DNA of 64,000 nucleotides from Antedon mediterranea. Its lineage: Eukaryota; Animalia; Echinodermata. Below, piece after piece: positions 24,147 to 36,833 of this stretch; within the stretch, counting starts at the first letter, position 1, and every line of letters starts with the position of its first letter. Position numbers and translations under genes: made by a program. Location: positions 20,287,237-20,351,236 of the forward strand of contig NC_092672.1 in NCBI RefSeq assembly GCF_964355755.1, written 5' to 3'. The notes beneath the pieces are model-generated. The model saw only the letters and a list, made by a program, of their open reading frames with translations. It ran no database searches and had not been told where the DNA came from.

Positions 24147-25958
24147 TGCTTCTTAATCAATGTCTGAAAAATTAAGAAATTTCCTCAAAATGACTTTGGG
24201 TATGAGACGGCTGATTAGGGCCTACATGTAGTCTCAATGCTAACTTCATTTAATATTCACAAACAATAAAATCTGAATTATGTAAATGTTTCATAATAGA
24301 AAATGCCTACAGAATAACAGGCAACAGTTCACAAAGTAAGGAAAATATGTTTTCTCCGTTTAACAGATAATCTACTAATACTCACAGCTGTAGCTGAAAC
24401 TGAATATTTTCTTCAATCTAAAAAAAAACAAGGAAAAACATTAATGATGGTAATAAACAACATAAACACTTTTTCCAAATCAACATGCTTCTTAATCAAT
24501 GTCTGAAAAATTAAGAAATTTCCTCAAAATGACTGGGTATTTGGGTGTTGTCTCAATGTTAATTTCATTTAATATTTTAATCACAAACAATAAAATCTGA
24601 ATTATGTAAATGTTTCATAATAGAAAAAGCCTACAAAATAACAGGCAACAGTTCACAAAGTAAGGAAAATATGTTTTCTCCGTTTAACAGATAATCTACT
24701 AATACTCACAGCTGTAGCTGACACTGTAGGCCTATATATTCTACAATCTAAAAAATACAAGTAAAAACATTAATAATGGCAATAAACAACATAAACACTT
24801 TTTCCAAATCAACATGCTTCTTAATCAATGTCTAAAAAATTAAGAAATTTCCTCAAAATGACTGGGTATTTGGGTGTTGTCTCAATGTTAATTTCATTTA
24901 ATATTTTAATCACAAACAATAAAACCTGAATTATGTAAATGTTTCATAATAGAAAAAGCCTACAAAATAACAGGCAACAGTTCACAAAGTAAGGAAAATA
25001 TGTTTTCTCCATTTAACAGATAATCTACTAATACTCACAGCTGTAGCTGAAACTGTAGGCCTATATTTTCTACAATCTAAAAAATACAAGTAAAAACATT
25101 AATAATGGCAATAAACAACATAAACACTTTTTCCAAATCAACATGCTTCTTAATCAATGTCTGAAAAATTAAGAAATTTCCTCAAAATGACTTTGGGTAT
25201 GGGCCGGCTGATTGCGGCCTACATGTTTTCTCAATGGTAATTTCATTTAATTGTTTGATCACAAACAATAAAATCTGAATTATGTAAATGTTTCATAATA
25301 CAAAATGTCTACAAAATAACAGGCAACAGTTCACAAAGTAAGGAAAATATGTTTTCTCCGTTTAACAGATAATCTACTAATACTCACAGCTGTAGCTCAA
25401 ACTGTATATTTTCTACAATCTAAAAAAAAACAAGGAAAAACATTGATAATGGTAATAAACAACATTAACACTTTTTCCAAATCAACAAGCTTCTTAATCA
25501 ATGTCTGAAAAATTAAGAAATTTCCTCAAAATGACTTTGGGTATGAGACGGCTGATTAGGGCAGGCAACAGTTCACAAAGTAAGGAAAATATGTTTTCTC
25601 CGTTTAACAGATAATCTACTGATACTCACAGCTGTAGCTGAAACTCTATATTTTCTACAATCTAAAAAAAACAAGGAAAAACATTGATAATGGTAATAAA
25701 TAACATTAACACTTTTTCCAAATCAACACGCTTCTTAATCAATGTCTGAAAAATTAACAAATTTCCTCAAAATGACTTTGGGTATGAAACGGCTGATTAG
25801 GGCAGGCAACAGTTCACAAAGTAAGGAAAATATGTTTTCTCTGTTTAACAGATAATCTACTAATACTCACAGCTGTAGCTAAAACTGTATATTTTCTACA
25901 ATCTAAAAAAAACAAGGCAAAACATTGATAATGGCAATAAACAACATTAACATTTTTT
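24147..25958 (-). repeat. Tandem array of about six 240-350 bp units, each with a putative 32/38-nt micro-exon (a seventh copy at about 27974-28287)
   Basis: Recurrent TGCTTCTTAATCAATGTCTGAAAAATTAAG and ACTCACAGCTGTAGCT; the minus strand reads TTTTTTAG|ATTGTAG...CAGCT|GTGAGT. Confidence 0.85.
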
Positions 25959-26179
25959 CATGAGTATATGTAAAACTATAATTTTTAATAGTTTGGACAA
26001 TATTATAATTGTCAAGAAGGTGCATGGTTCTTAAATTTAAAAATAAATGTTGTTTTTCGGTAACAACCCGACAAAATCATTAATAAATGTTGGCCCCTAT
26101 CTAATATTTCTATGTTGATTAATTCAATTTTTTAAAACTATATACTATATATTTTGATTATTGATTTTAAAGCATATTG

Positions 26180-27351
26180 CAGGGCTGAAAATTAACGGTC
26201 GCCCGGTCGCCAATGGCGACCTTTATTTGCTAAGGGCGAGTATTAATTGTGTGATGGTCGACCCGTCTGGCGACTTACAGAATCTGCATCCACCTACCTT
26301 TTATAACTAATCTAGGCCTAGGCTAATAATATATAAGCTAAGTTATAAGCTACAAGCAGTCCCTCGTTTTTAAGGATCGCAAGCGCGATCAACAACCTTC
26401 AAGGAGAGCAATTAATCGCGCTCCATCTCACAGTGCGAGGTTAGGTACCAAACAAGGGGATTCCCCTGCCTGCATTCAAGGACGAGTTTACTTCATCGCC
26501 TCATAATAGTGCATCCAGTACGGTGTCATAGAAATACCTCCTTTACAGCAACCAATAATTGTTCCTTTTATGCTTACTGCATGTTTTTATGGAACGAGTT
26601 TATAAAATATATTTAATTTTAAAAGGAAACATTAATAGGAGGCCTAAATATAATGTTTATTATTTAAAAAGCTTAGTTGCTATGTCATCGATGGATTATT
26701 TCTTCAAAAGTTCCAACCAATTTTGGTCACTCAAATCCTCCTCAAAACACGTGCTGACGTGTGACGTCATCATCTTCTAGAAGGTAGCTCTCTCCCCAAA
26801 TTGTGCGTGCATGTGTGACACATGTAAACACGATTAAATATCTTTCTTAATTATTTTAAAATAATACTTTGTAACTTATTATCAATATTTTAATGGCTAT
26901 TGCATGTTAGAATTGTATAATTTATGAAATACAGGTAGTTTTTTGTCTGATTTCTAGGCCAACAAGCTAGGCTAGAAAAGCTAGGCCTAGGCTAAAGACA
27001 TGTTGGTCAGGATTCTCCAGGCAGGCTCCTGAAACCCAATCTAGGCCTACCCAGGCCATACAAAAAATTGGATTGATTTTTTTCAATGACGATCCCCACG
27101 GAAAATATTGTGTGTGAATGTGGGTGTGGGAGGGGAGTGGGGGAGGGAGGAATTTTGGGGAGAGTAATTTAATTATCAAAAGTAATAAATGATATAATTG
27201 GGAGGGGTGGGGATAAATTCCCCCCCCCTTGGGCAAAAAAAAAATGTACAAAAAATTAATAAGGGCCAGCCATTTTTAATAAGGGCGACCATCCTTCAAC
27301 TTCAACTGGCCCTGCTGGCCACTATGGTTTAAAGGTTAATTTTCAGCCCTG
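26180..27351. mobile_element. Non-autonomous hAT-like DNA transposon (MITE), 1172 bp
   Basis: Perfect 17-bp TIRs CAGGGCTGAAAATTAAC (26180-26196) and GTTAATTTTCAGCCCTG (27335-27351); 6-bp flanking direct repeat ATATTG; subterminal GGCGAC/GTCGCC motifs. Confidence 0.85.
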
Positions 27352-27405
27352 ATATTGAAATAAATTTTACTGTAAAAATGTTGGTTTAGCTTACTGTAAT
27401 AACAC

Positions 27406-27437
27406 TGGTCACAGACTGACATGTCAGTCTGTGACCA
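27406..27437. repeat. Perfect 32-bp palindrome
   Basis: TGGTCACAGACTGACA|TGTCAGTCTGTGACCA. Confidence 0.9.
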
Positions 27438-28848
27438 ACTCGGTAACAACCAGACACTTTTTAATATCATATAAAAATGTAAAAATAAGGTTTAAAAAAA
27501 AAGTAACCTTATGAGTGTATGTAAAGCTATAATTTTTAATAGTTTGGAAAATATTATAATTGTCAAGAAGGTACATGGTTCTTAAATTAAAAAAATGTTT
27601 TTTGGTAACAACCCGGCAAACTTATTAATAATTATGTTGGCCCCTCCTTAATATTTCTATGTTGATTAATTCAATTTTTTTAAACAAAATCTCAAACAAT
27701 ATATTTAGTTCTTTAATTCTAAAAAGAAATGACATGTATAAATTAGGATTTAGTTGTCTGTTATAGGATTTAAGTAAACCTCATATTGTTTTATTTTTTA
27801 AGTTTCTAAATATCATTATTTTAAATGGAAATATGTCTGTATATATCTCTTTTTTTTTTTACCACTTAAATATCCTGAAAGTATATAACATTAGCTTTAG
27901 TTTGATATCAAACATGTTAAGACTGCTAAAAGTTGAAAATTTTCAAAATCCCCAAAAAAATTGTGGAATTGCCCTACTAATACTCACAGCTGTAGCTGAA
28001 ACTGTAAATCTTCTGTTAATAAAAAACAATTACAATCTAAAAAATACAAGGAAAAACATTGATAATGGCAATAAACAACATTAACACTTTTTCCAAATCA
28101 ACAAGCTTCTTAATCAATGTCTGAAAAATTAGGAAATTTCCTTAAAATGACTTTGGTTATGGGCCAGCTAATTGGTGCCCACATGATGTCTCAATGGTAA
28201 TTTCATTTAATAGTTTGATCACAAACAATAAAATCTGAATTATGTAAATGTTTCATAATAGTAAATGCCTACAAAATAACAGGCAACACTGCACTCCCAA
28301 TCATGAGACCATAAATCATCTCTACAAATTATTTATTTTATGTTCACTATTTACGATATTCTAGAGATTATGAAGTACTGTAGAAACAATAATGTTATTA
28401 CTGTACATGTATCTCTTCCAACTCTTTAGGAACTTATACAACTAAAAACTAGGCCTAGCCCCTACCTAGGAGGCCTATAGGCTAGTAGGCATAGAAGAGA
28501 ACTTCGCAAAGCAGACTCAGCTTACTAACAATGCTAAGTAGAGTAGGCTATATTATACCGGTGTTTAATTTTAAGGCATGGTATTCAAGATAAAGTTTGT
28601 TAACAAATTAGGAATTAATATATAGCCTAGTTATAAGCCAGATGCAAAATGGAACTAGGCTAGCGTCATTATGCCTCTACTACAGTACTGTACAACTAAA
28701 CCTAGGCTAGGTCTAGGCCTTCCTAAAGAGGTAATCCGGGACACGGCTAGGCCTAGCCTAGCAGCCTAGTTAGGCCATTTCATTTTGATGGCAAACACAA
28801 AAACAATTAAATATTACAAATCAACAATCCAAATTAATCAAAATATAT

Positions 28849-29040
28849 CTTACCTATTTCTAACTATTATATTTAAAACAATTGTGTTTAAACTTTTTTA
28901 ATATAGGCTATATGTTCGTTTTAACAATATAAAATTGCAAAGCAATATCGGGAGCAATACTAGGCTATAATATTACAAATCCAACATGGAGGTGTAACCA
29001 CGTTGTTCTTTACTAATATGGCACGCAATCGTCGCCAAAA
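28849..29040 (-). promoter_or_regulatory. Putative promoter / first non-coding exon of Helentron 1
   Basis: Motifs shared with element 2 in otherwise diverged DNA: CTTACCTATTTC (splice donor on minus), CAACATGGAG, TATGGCA.GCAATC.TCGCCAAAA. Confidence 0.45.
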
Positions 29041-29229
29041 GTAACATAAATGCTGTAGGCCCAGACACAATTCACCACACTTTCACCATAAAAGTAGAGA
29101 GCGCATTAACATTTTTTCAATGGATGGCATAATCGTTTTTCTGCGCGCAATATTCTAACGTATGACGTGCGCGTGGCGTTTGTGCTGCGGATAACCTAAC
29201 TCGTCCGTAGTGACGAGTTCAAATCTAGT

Positions 29230-30393
29230 TCTATCTTATTCTTCTTTCTTTCCCGGAATTTTGTTCGCAGCGTATCTCTAATTCTGGTGAACATAAGATT
29301 GTGTAACTTTGTCATAAGATTGACACGTAGCTGTAGATGTGCAGGACGTTTCGTTTTTTGACTTTAGAGTCGCGCAGCGTAAGTTACGTGCGATTTTATG
29401 AATTTCAATGATTGATCATAGATTAAAAACTAGAAGTCATTTTGTTTTTGAAACTTAGTGAAAATTTAAGTCATGTCAACTGCAAACTTTGTATGGATTA
29501 AAAATGGCATGTTTTACAAAAAGTTACGCGCGCACGCGCGTTTAAAATTTCAAAATGCGTAAAATCAATTTCTAATCAACTTTCTACGCGTTTCAGGTCA
29601 TTTTGAGCATTTCAAAAATTCCCAGTCGTGCGCAATTTTTTTACGCGCGCGTGTGCACGTAGCGCAAAAACATCTTTTTTTTTGCTTGATTTTTGTTTTT
29701 TCAGCCTTTTCTAGTAAATTTACCAATTTTCAATCAATTTAGACTTAAAATCACGTCATACGAGCACGTAGAATTGAACAATTTGCGCGCGTTTTTAATG
29801 AAAAAGTTCAAAAATTTGTCAAAATTTTGCCTTTTTTAAAACAGTTATAGATTGTAAACTACGTGGTGAACTTTTTTTAAATTACATATTCTGGAAGTTG
29901 ATGAGTTGTAGATATCGAATCATGCATCGATATGGCTAACCGGACATTGTGACGTCATTGTATGGCCACTCGAATATGTAATATAGGATTTTTGTCTCTT
30001 TCGTCATAGCTCGTCACCTTTAATAGAGCGCATCTCCATTATTCGTTTTCCAATTCCCTCAATTTTTTTATTATTGTCTAGGTCAATCGATTATCTTTCG
30101 CATGATTTACCATTTTTAAAATTGTGATGACGTCATCATGTTCAAAAGCGTTAATAACTTTGGTCACTTATTTTCACCTATTCTGCACTGTATGTAGTAC
30201 GTATACAGGGTATAGTGTATACTGTATATACTTAGACGGGACACAAAATAGAGAGCACACTGAAATTGTTTCAATGGCATAATCGTTTTTCTTTGCGCAA
30301 TATTCTAATGTATGATGTGCCGTGGCCTTTGGTGCCGTGGCCTTTGCGCTGCGGATAACCTAACTCGTCCGAAGTGACGAGTTCAAATCTAGT
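29230..30393 (+). mobile_element. Headless A-type HINE body (head displaced upstream)
   Basis: Begins TCTATCTTATTCTTCTTTC without a hairpin; A-type tail (loop variant CCGAAG). Confidence 0.82.
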
Positions 30394-30401
30394 TTTTTTT
30401 T

Positions 30402-31999
30402 TGGTTATCCGCAACGAAGTTGCAGGATAACCTCTTGTGATTGTACGAAATCATCTTTTTTTTCATCTTCTTTCTTTCTGTATGATTTTTGTGTAACGCT
30501 TTTCTCTAAAACTTGCAAACATAACATTTTGTTAACTATGTTAACATTTTGACATTCACGTAACGTCGTCAAGCGAAGCTTTTCATGACGTTTACAATTG
30601 CGCAACACGACGTACGCGTGATTTAACGATTTTCTCGTATTTAACATATGTCGAAAACCAAACAACATTTTAAAATGAAACTTTGCAAAAGTTTAATTTA
30701 TATCATGCGCTAACTGTCTGTTGAAAAAAAATTGCGTGTTTTACACAAAGTTACGCGCGCACGCGCATTTAAAATTTCAAAATGCGCAAAATTAATTTCT
30801 AATCAACTTTCTACGCGTTTCATGTCGTTTTGAGCATGTCAAAAATTCCCACGCGTGTGCACATTTTTACGTGTACTGTGCGCACGTAGCATTGAAAACG
30901 TATTTTTTTCGCGTGATTTATGTTTTTTCAGCCTTTTCTAGTAATTTTACCAAATTTTAAACAATTTCGACTTAAAGATACGTCATACGAGCACGTCGAA
31001 TTGGACAATTTGCGCGCGTTTTTTATGAAAAGGTTAAAAAATTCGTTTAAAATATGCCTTTTTTTAAACAGTCGTAATTTCTAAACTAGACGGTCATATT
31101 TTTGTGGATGACATATTCTGGAAGTAGATGAGTTGTAGATATCGGATCAGGTATTAATATGGGTAACCGGACATTATGACGTCATTGTATGGCCACGCGA
31201 ATATAAAATTTAGGATTTTTGTATCTTTCGTCATAGCTCATCACATTGAATAGAGCGCATCTCCACTTATCCGTTTTCCATTTTCACCCCGATTTTGATA
31301 TTGTCTAGGTCAATCAAGTATCTTTCGCATGAGTTAAAAATACTTTAATTTTTTTGACGTCATCGTGCCTAAAAATTTAAATCACGTGTGGCATTAATTT
31401 CATCTTTACAGTAAATTTTAATCTGTTATAGCTCGTAAGAATAAAATGTGATAATCACGATTAAAACTTTGTCTGGAAGCTATTGGATTGTAGATACGAA
31501 ATTATGTAAAAATTTTGCCAATCGGATGTTGTGACGTCATCATATGGCCAGTTAAATAAAAAAGGTCGTATTTTCATCTTTTGCGTCATAATTCATTACA
31601 TTTAAAAGAGCGCGCATCAATATTTCACGTATTCAAATTTCTTCTACACGCTAATACGTTGTTGCTGAGATAATTTCCTTTCGGAATTGCTACCTTCGCG
31701 TTTCATTTTAAAACCGTAAACATGTTAAAAATTGCAATAAATAGCGGGTCCCGTAACTTCACCTATTCTATGTATGTCACTGTATGTGATATAGATACAG
31801 ATTATACTGTGTATACTATATATGAATTTAAATAATAAAATTCAGCAATAACAACATATCATATTCTTCAGTTCAGGTCATAATGCCAACGTGAACACTT
31901 CCTTTTGTCCTCAACCTATCCCCTTAATGTTAATGTTGCACCACTTGCGCGGCGCGGCGGATAACCAAACTCGTCAAAGTGACGAGTTACATGTCTAGT
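30402..31999 (+). mobile_element. D-type HINE
   Basis: Head GGTTATCCGCAACGAAGTTGCAGGATAACC; distinct tail GCGGCGGATAACCAAACTCGTCAAAGTGACGAGTTACATGTCTAGT. Confidence 0.85.
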
Positions 32000-34900
32000 C
32001 TATGTTATTCTTCTTTCTTTCCCAAAATTTTGTGTCACGTGTATCTCAAATTCTGATCAACATTACATCGTATAACATTGTCAGAAGATTTACCTCTATG
32101 TGTAGAAGTGCAGGACAGCTCGTTTTTTTACTTTAGAGTCGCGCAGCGTAAGCTACGCGCAATTTTATGAATTTTGCGTATTTAACATAGACTAAAAAGC
32201 AAAAGTCATTTTGTAATGACACTTGGTGAACATTTAAGTCATATCAAGGGCAAACTTTCTATGGATTAAAAATGGCATGTTTGACATAAAGTTACGCGCG
32301 CACGCGCGTTTAAAATTTTAAAATGCGAAAAATCCATTTCTAATCAAATTTCTACGCGTTTCAGGTCATTTTGAGCATTTCAAAAATTCCCACGCGTGCG
32401 CATATTTTTTACGCGCGCGTGCGCACGTAGCGCAAAAACATCTTTTTTTTGCTTGATTTTTGTTTTTTCAGCCTTTTCTAGTAAATTTACCAATTTTCAA
32501 TCAATTTTGACTTAAAATCACGTCATACGAGCACGTAGAATTGAACAATTTGCGCGCGTTTTTGAAGAAAAAGTTCAAAAATTCGTCAAAATTATGCCTT
32601 TTTTAAAACAGTTATAGATTGTAAACTACGAAGAGAACTTTTTTTAAATTACACATTCTGGAAGATAATGAGTTGTAGATATCGAATCATGCATCGATAT
32701 GGCTAACCGGACATTGTGACGTCATCGTTTGGCCACTCGAATATGAAATATAGGATTTTTGTCTCTTTCGTCATAGCTCGTCACATTTAATAGAGCGCAT
32801 CTCCACTTATCCGTATTCCATTTCCCTCAATTTTTTTATTTTGTCTAGGTCAATCAATTATCTTTCGCATGATTTACCATTTTTAAAATTGTTATGTCGT
32901 CATCATGTTCACAAGCGTCAATAACTTTGGTCACTTCTTTTCACCTATTCTGCACTGCATTCACGTAACGTCGTCAAGCGAAGCTTTTCATGACGTTTAC
33001 AATTGCGCAACACGACGTACGCGTGATTTAACGATTTTCTCGTATTTAACATATGTCGAAAACCAAACAACATTTTAAAATGAAACTTTGCAAAAGTTTA
33101 ATTTATATCATGCGCTAACTGTCTGTTGAAAAAAAATTGCGTGTTTTACACAAAGTTACGCGCGCACGCGCATTTAAAATTTCAAAATGCGCAAAATTAA
33201 TTTCTAATCAACTTTCTACGCGTTTCATGTCGTTTTGAGCATGTCAAAAATTCCCACGCGTGTGCACATTTTTACGTGTACTGTGCGCACGTAGCATTGA
33301 AAACGTATTTTTTTCGCGTGATTTATGTTTTTTCAGCCTTTTCTAGTAATTTTACCAAATTTTAAACAATTTCGACTTAAAGATACGTCATACGAGCACG
33401 TCGAATTGGACAATTTGCGCGCGTTTTTTATGAAAAGGTTAAAAAATTCGTTTAAAATATGCCTTTTTTTAAACAGTCGTAATTTCTAAACTAGACGGTC
33501 ATATTTTTGTGGATGACATATTCTGGAAGTAGATGAGTTGTAGATATCGGATCAGGTATTAATATGGGTAACCGGACATTATGACGTCATTGTATGGCCA
33601 CGCGAATATAAAATTTAGGATTTTTGTATCTTTCGTCATAGCTCATCACATTGAATAGAGCGCATCTCCACTTATCCGTTTTCCATTTTCACCCCGATTT
33701 TGATATTGTCTAGGTCAATCAAGTATCTTTCGCATGAGTTAAAAATACTTTAATTTTTTTGACGTCATCGTGCCTAAAAATTTAAATCACGTGTGGCATT
33801 AATTTCATCTTTACAGTAAATTTTAATCTGTTATAGCTCGTAAGAATAAAATGTGATAATCACGATTAAAACTTTGTCTGGAAGCTATTGGATTGTAGAT
33901 ACGAAATTATGTAAAAATTTTGCCAATCGGATGTTGTGACGTCATCATATGGCCAGTTAAATAAAAAAGGTCGTATTTTCATCTTTTGCGTCATAATTCA
34001 TTACATTTAAAAGAGCGCGCATCAATATTTCACGTATTCAAATTTCTTCTACACGCTAATACGTTGTTGCTGAGATAATTTCCTTTCGGAATTGCTACCT
34101 TCGCGTTTCATTTTAAAACCGTAAACATGTTAAAAATTGCAATAAATAGCGGGTCCCGTAACTTCACCTATTCTATGTATGTCACTGTATGTGATATAGA
34201 TACAGATTATACTGTGTATACTATATATGAATTTAAATAATAAAATTCAGCAATAACAACATATCATATTCTTCAGTTCAGGTCATAATGCCAACGTGAA
34301 CACTTCCTTTTGTCCTCAACCTATCCCCTTAATGTTAATGTTGCACCACTTGCGCGGCGCGGCGGATAACCAAACTCGTCAAAGTGACGAGTTACATGTC
34401 TAGTCTATGTTATTCTTCTTTCTTTCCCAAAATTTTGTGTCACGTGTATCTCAAATTCTGATCAACATTACATCGTATAACATTGTCAGAAGATTTACCT
34501 CTATGTGTAGAAGTGCAGGACAGCTCGTTTTTTTACTTTAGAGTCGCGCAGCGTAAGCTACGCGCAATTTTATGAATTTTGCGTATTTAACATAGACTAA
34601 AAAGCAAAAGTCATTTTGTAATGACACTTGGTGAACATTTAAGTCATATCAAGGGCAAACTTTCTATGGATTAAAAATGGCATGTTTGACATAAAGTTAC
34701 GCGCGCACGCGCGTTTAAAATTTTAAAATGCGAAAAATCCATTTCTAATCAAATTTCTACGCGTTTCAGGTCATTTTGAGCATTTCAAAAATTCCCACGC
34801 GTGCGCATATTTTTTACGCGCGCGTGCGCACGTAGCGCAAAAACATCTTTTTTTTGCTTGATTTTTGTTTTTTCAGCCTTTTCTAGTAAATTTACCAATT

Positions 34901-35362
34901 TTCAATCAATTTTGACTTAAAATCACGTCATACGAGCACGTAGAATTGAACAATTTGCGCGCGTTTTTGAAGAAAAAGTTCAAAAATTCGTCAAAATTAT
35001 GCCTTTTTTAAAACAGTTATAGATTGTAAACTACGAAGAGAACTTTTTTTAAATTACACATTCTGGAAGATAATGAGTTGTAGATATCGAATCATGCATC
35101 GATATGGCTAACCGGACATTGTGACGTCATCGTTTGGCCACTCGAATATGAAATATAGGATTTTTGTCTCTTTCGTCATAGCTCGTCACATTTAATAGAG
35201 CGCATCTCCACTTATCCGTATTCCATTTCCCTCAATTTTTTTATTTTGTCTAGGTCAATCAATTATCTTTCGCATGATTTACCATTTTTAAAATTGTTAT
35301 GTCGTCATCATGTTCACAAGCGTCAATAACTTTGGTCACTTCTTTTCACCTATTCTGCACTG
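30553..35362. repeat. 2405-bp tandem duplication (30553-32957 repeated at 32958-35362)
   Basis: Junction TGCACTG|CATTCACG; D tails at 31999 and 34404 are exactly 2405 bp apart; the copies look identical by eye. Confidence 0.9.
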
Positions 35363-35552
35363 TATGTAGTACGTATACAGTATATAGTGTATACCGTATA
35401 TACTCAGACGTGACGCAAAATAGAGGGCGCACTAACATTTTTTTCAATGGCTTAATCGTTTTTCTGCGCGCAATATTCCAACGTATGACGTGCACGTGGC
35501 TTTTGCGCTGCGGATAACCTAACTCGTCCGTAGTGACGAGTTCAAATCTAGT
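34405..35552 (+). mobile_element. Headless A-type HINE body (a truncated duplicate lies at 32000-32957)
   Basis: Starts CTATGTTATTCTTC; A tail. Confidence 0.82.
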
Positions 35553-36701
35553 CTATGTTATTCTTCTTTCTTTCCCAAAATTTTGTGTCACGTGTATCTC
35601 AAATTCTGATCAACATTACATCGTATAACTTTGTCAGAAGATTTACCTCTATCTGTAGAAGTGCAGGACAGCTCGTTTTTTTTCTTTAGAGTCGCGCAGC
35701 GTAAGCTACGCGCGATTTTATGAATTTTGCGTATTTAACATAGACTAAAAACCAAAAGTCATTTTGTAATGACACTTGGTGAACATTTAAGTCATATCAA
35801 GGGCAAACTTTCTATGGATTAAAAATGGCATGTTTGACATAAAGTTACGCGCGCACGCGCGTTTAAAATTTCAAATTGCGAAATATCCATTTCTAATCAA
35901 TTTTCTACGCGTTTCAGGGCATTTTGAGCATTTCAAAAATTCCCACGCGTGCGCAGTTTTTTTTACGCGCGCGTGCGCACGTAGTGCAAAAACATCTTTT
36001 TTTTGCTTGATTTTTGTTTTTTCAGCCTTTTCTAGTAAATTTACCAATTTTCAATCAATTTTGACTTAAAATCACGTCATACGAGCACGTAGAATTCAAC
36101 AATTTGCGCGCGTTTTTGAAGAAAAAGTTGAAAAATTTGTCAAAATTATGCCTTTTTTAAAACAGTCATAGATTGTAAACTACGAGGTGAACTTCTTTTA
36201 AATTACACATTCTGGAAGTTGATGATTTGTAGATATCGAATCATGCATCGATATGGCTAACAAGACATAGTGACGTCATCGTATGGCCACTCAAATATAA
36301 AATATAGGATTTTTGTCTCTTTCGTCATAGCTCATCACAATTAATAGAGCGCATCTCCACTTATCCGAATTCCATTTCCCCCCATTTTTTTATATTGTCT
36401 ATGCCAATCAATTATCTTTCGCATAATCTACCATTTTTTAAATTGTGATGACGTCATCATGTCCAAAAGCGTCAATAACTTGGGTCCCTTATTTTCACCT
36501 ATTCTGCACTGTATGTAGTACGTATACAGAATATAGTCTATACCGTATATACTCAGACGTGACGCAAAATAGAGGGCGCACTAACATTTTTTTCAATGGC
36601 ATAATCGTTTTTCTGCGCGCAATATTCCAACGTATGACGTGCACGTGGCTTTTGCGCTGCGGATAACCTAACTCGTCCGTAGTGACGAGTTCAAATCTAG
36701 T
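35553..36701 (+). mobile_element. Headless A-type HINE body
   Basis: Starts CTATGTTATTCTTC; A tail. Confidence 0.82.
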
Positions 36702-36705
36702 TTTT

Positions 36706-36748
36706 TGGTTATCCGCACTTGGCGGATAACCCCTTGTTATTGTCAGGA

Positions 36749-36779
<31 letters not shown>
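36706..36779 (+). repeat. A-type head plus poly-T; its body probably resumes at 55211
   Basis: A hairpin followed directly by the head of Helentron 2; the next unmatched A body starts at 55211. Confidence 0.7.
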
Positions 36780-36781
<2 letters not shown>

Positions 36782-36833
36782 GTTATCCGCAACTAAGTTG
36801 CAGGATAACCCATGTGATTGTAAATATCTTTTT

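Larger units (their letters stand above)
10298..29229 (-). mobile_element. Autonomous-type Helentron 1 (A-type termini, about 19 kb; left boundary could instead be about 12251)
   Basis: Head TGGTTATCCGCACTTGGCGGATAACC at 10298, HINE-homologous sequence to about 12350, RepHel gene, and an A-type tail GCGGATAACCTAACTCGTCCGTAGTGACGAGTTCAAATCTAGT ending at 29229. Confidence 0.8.
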
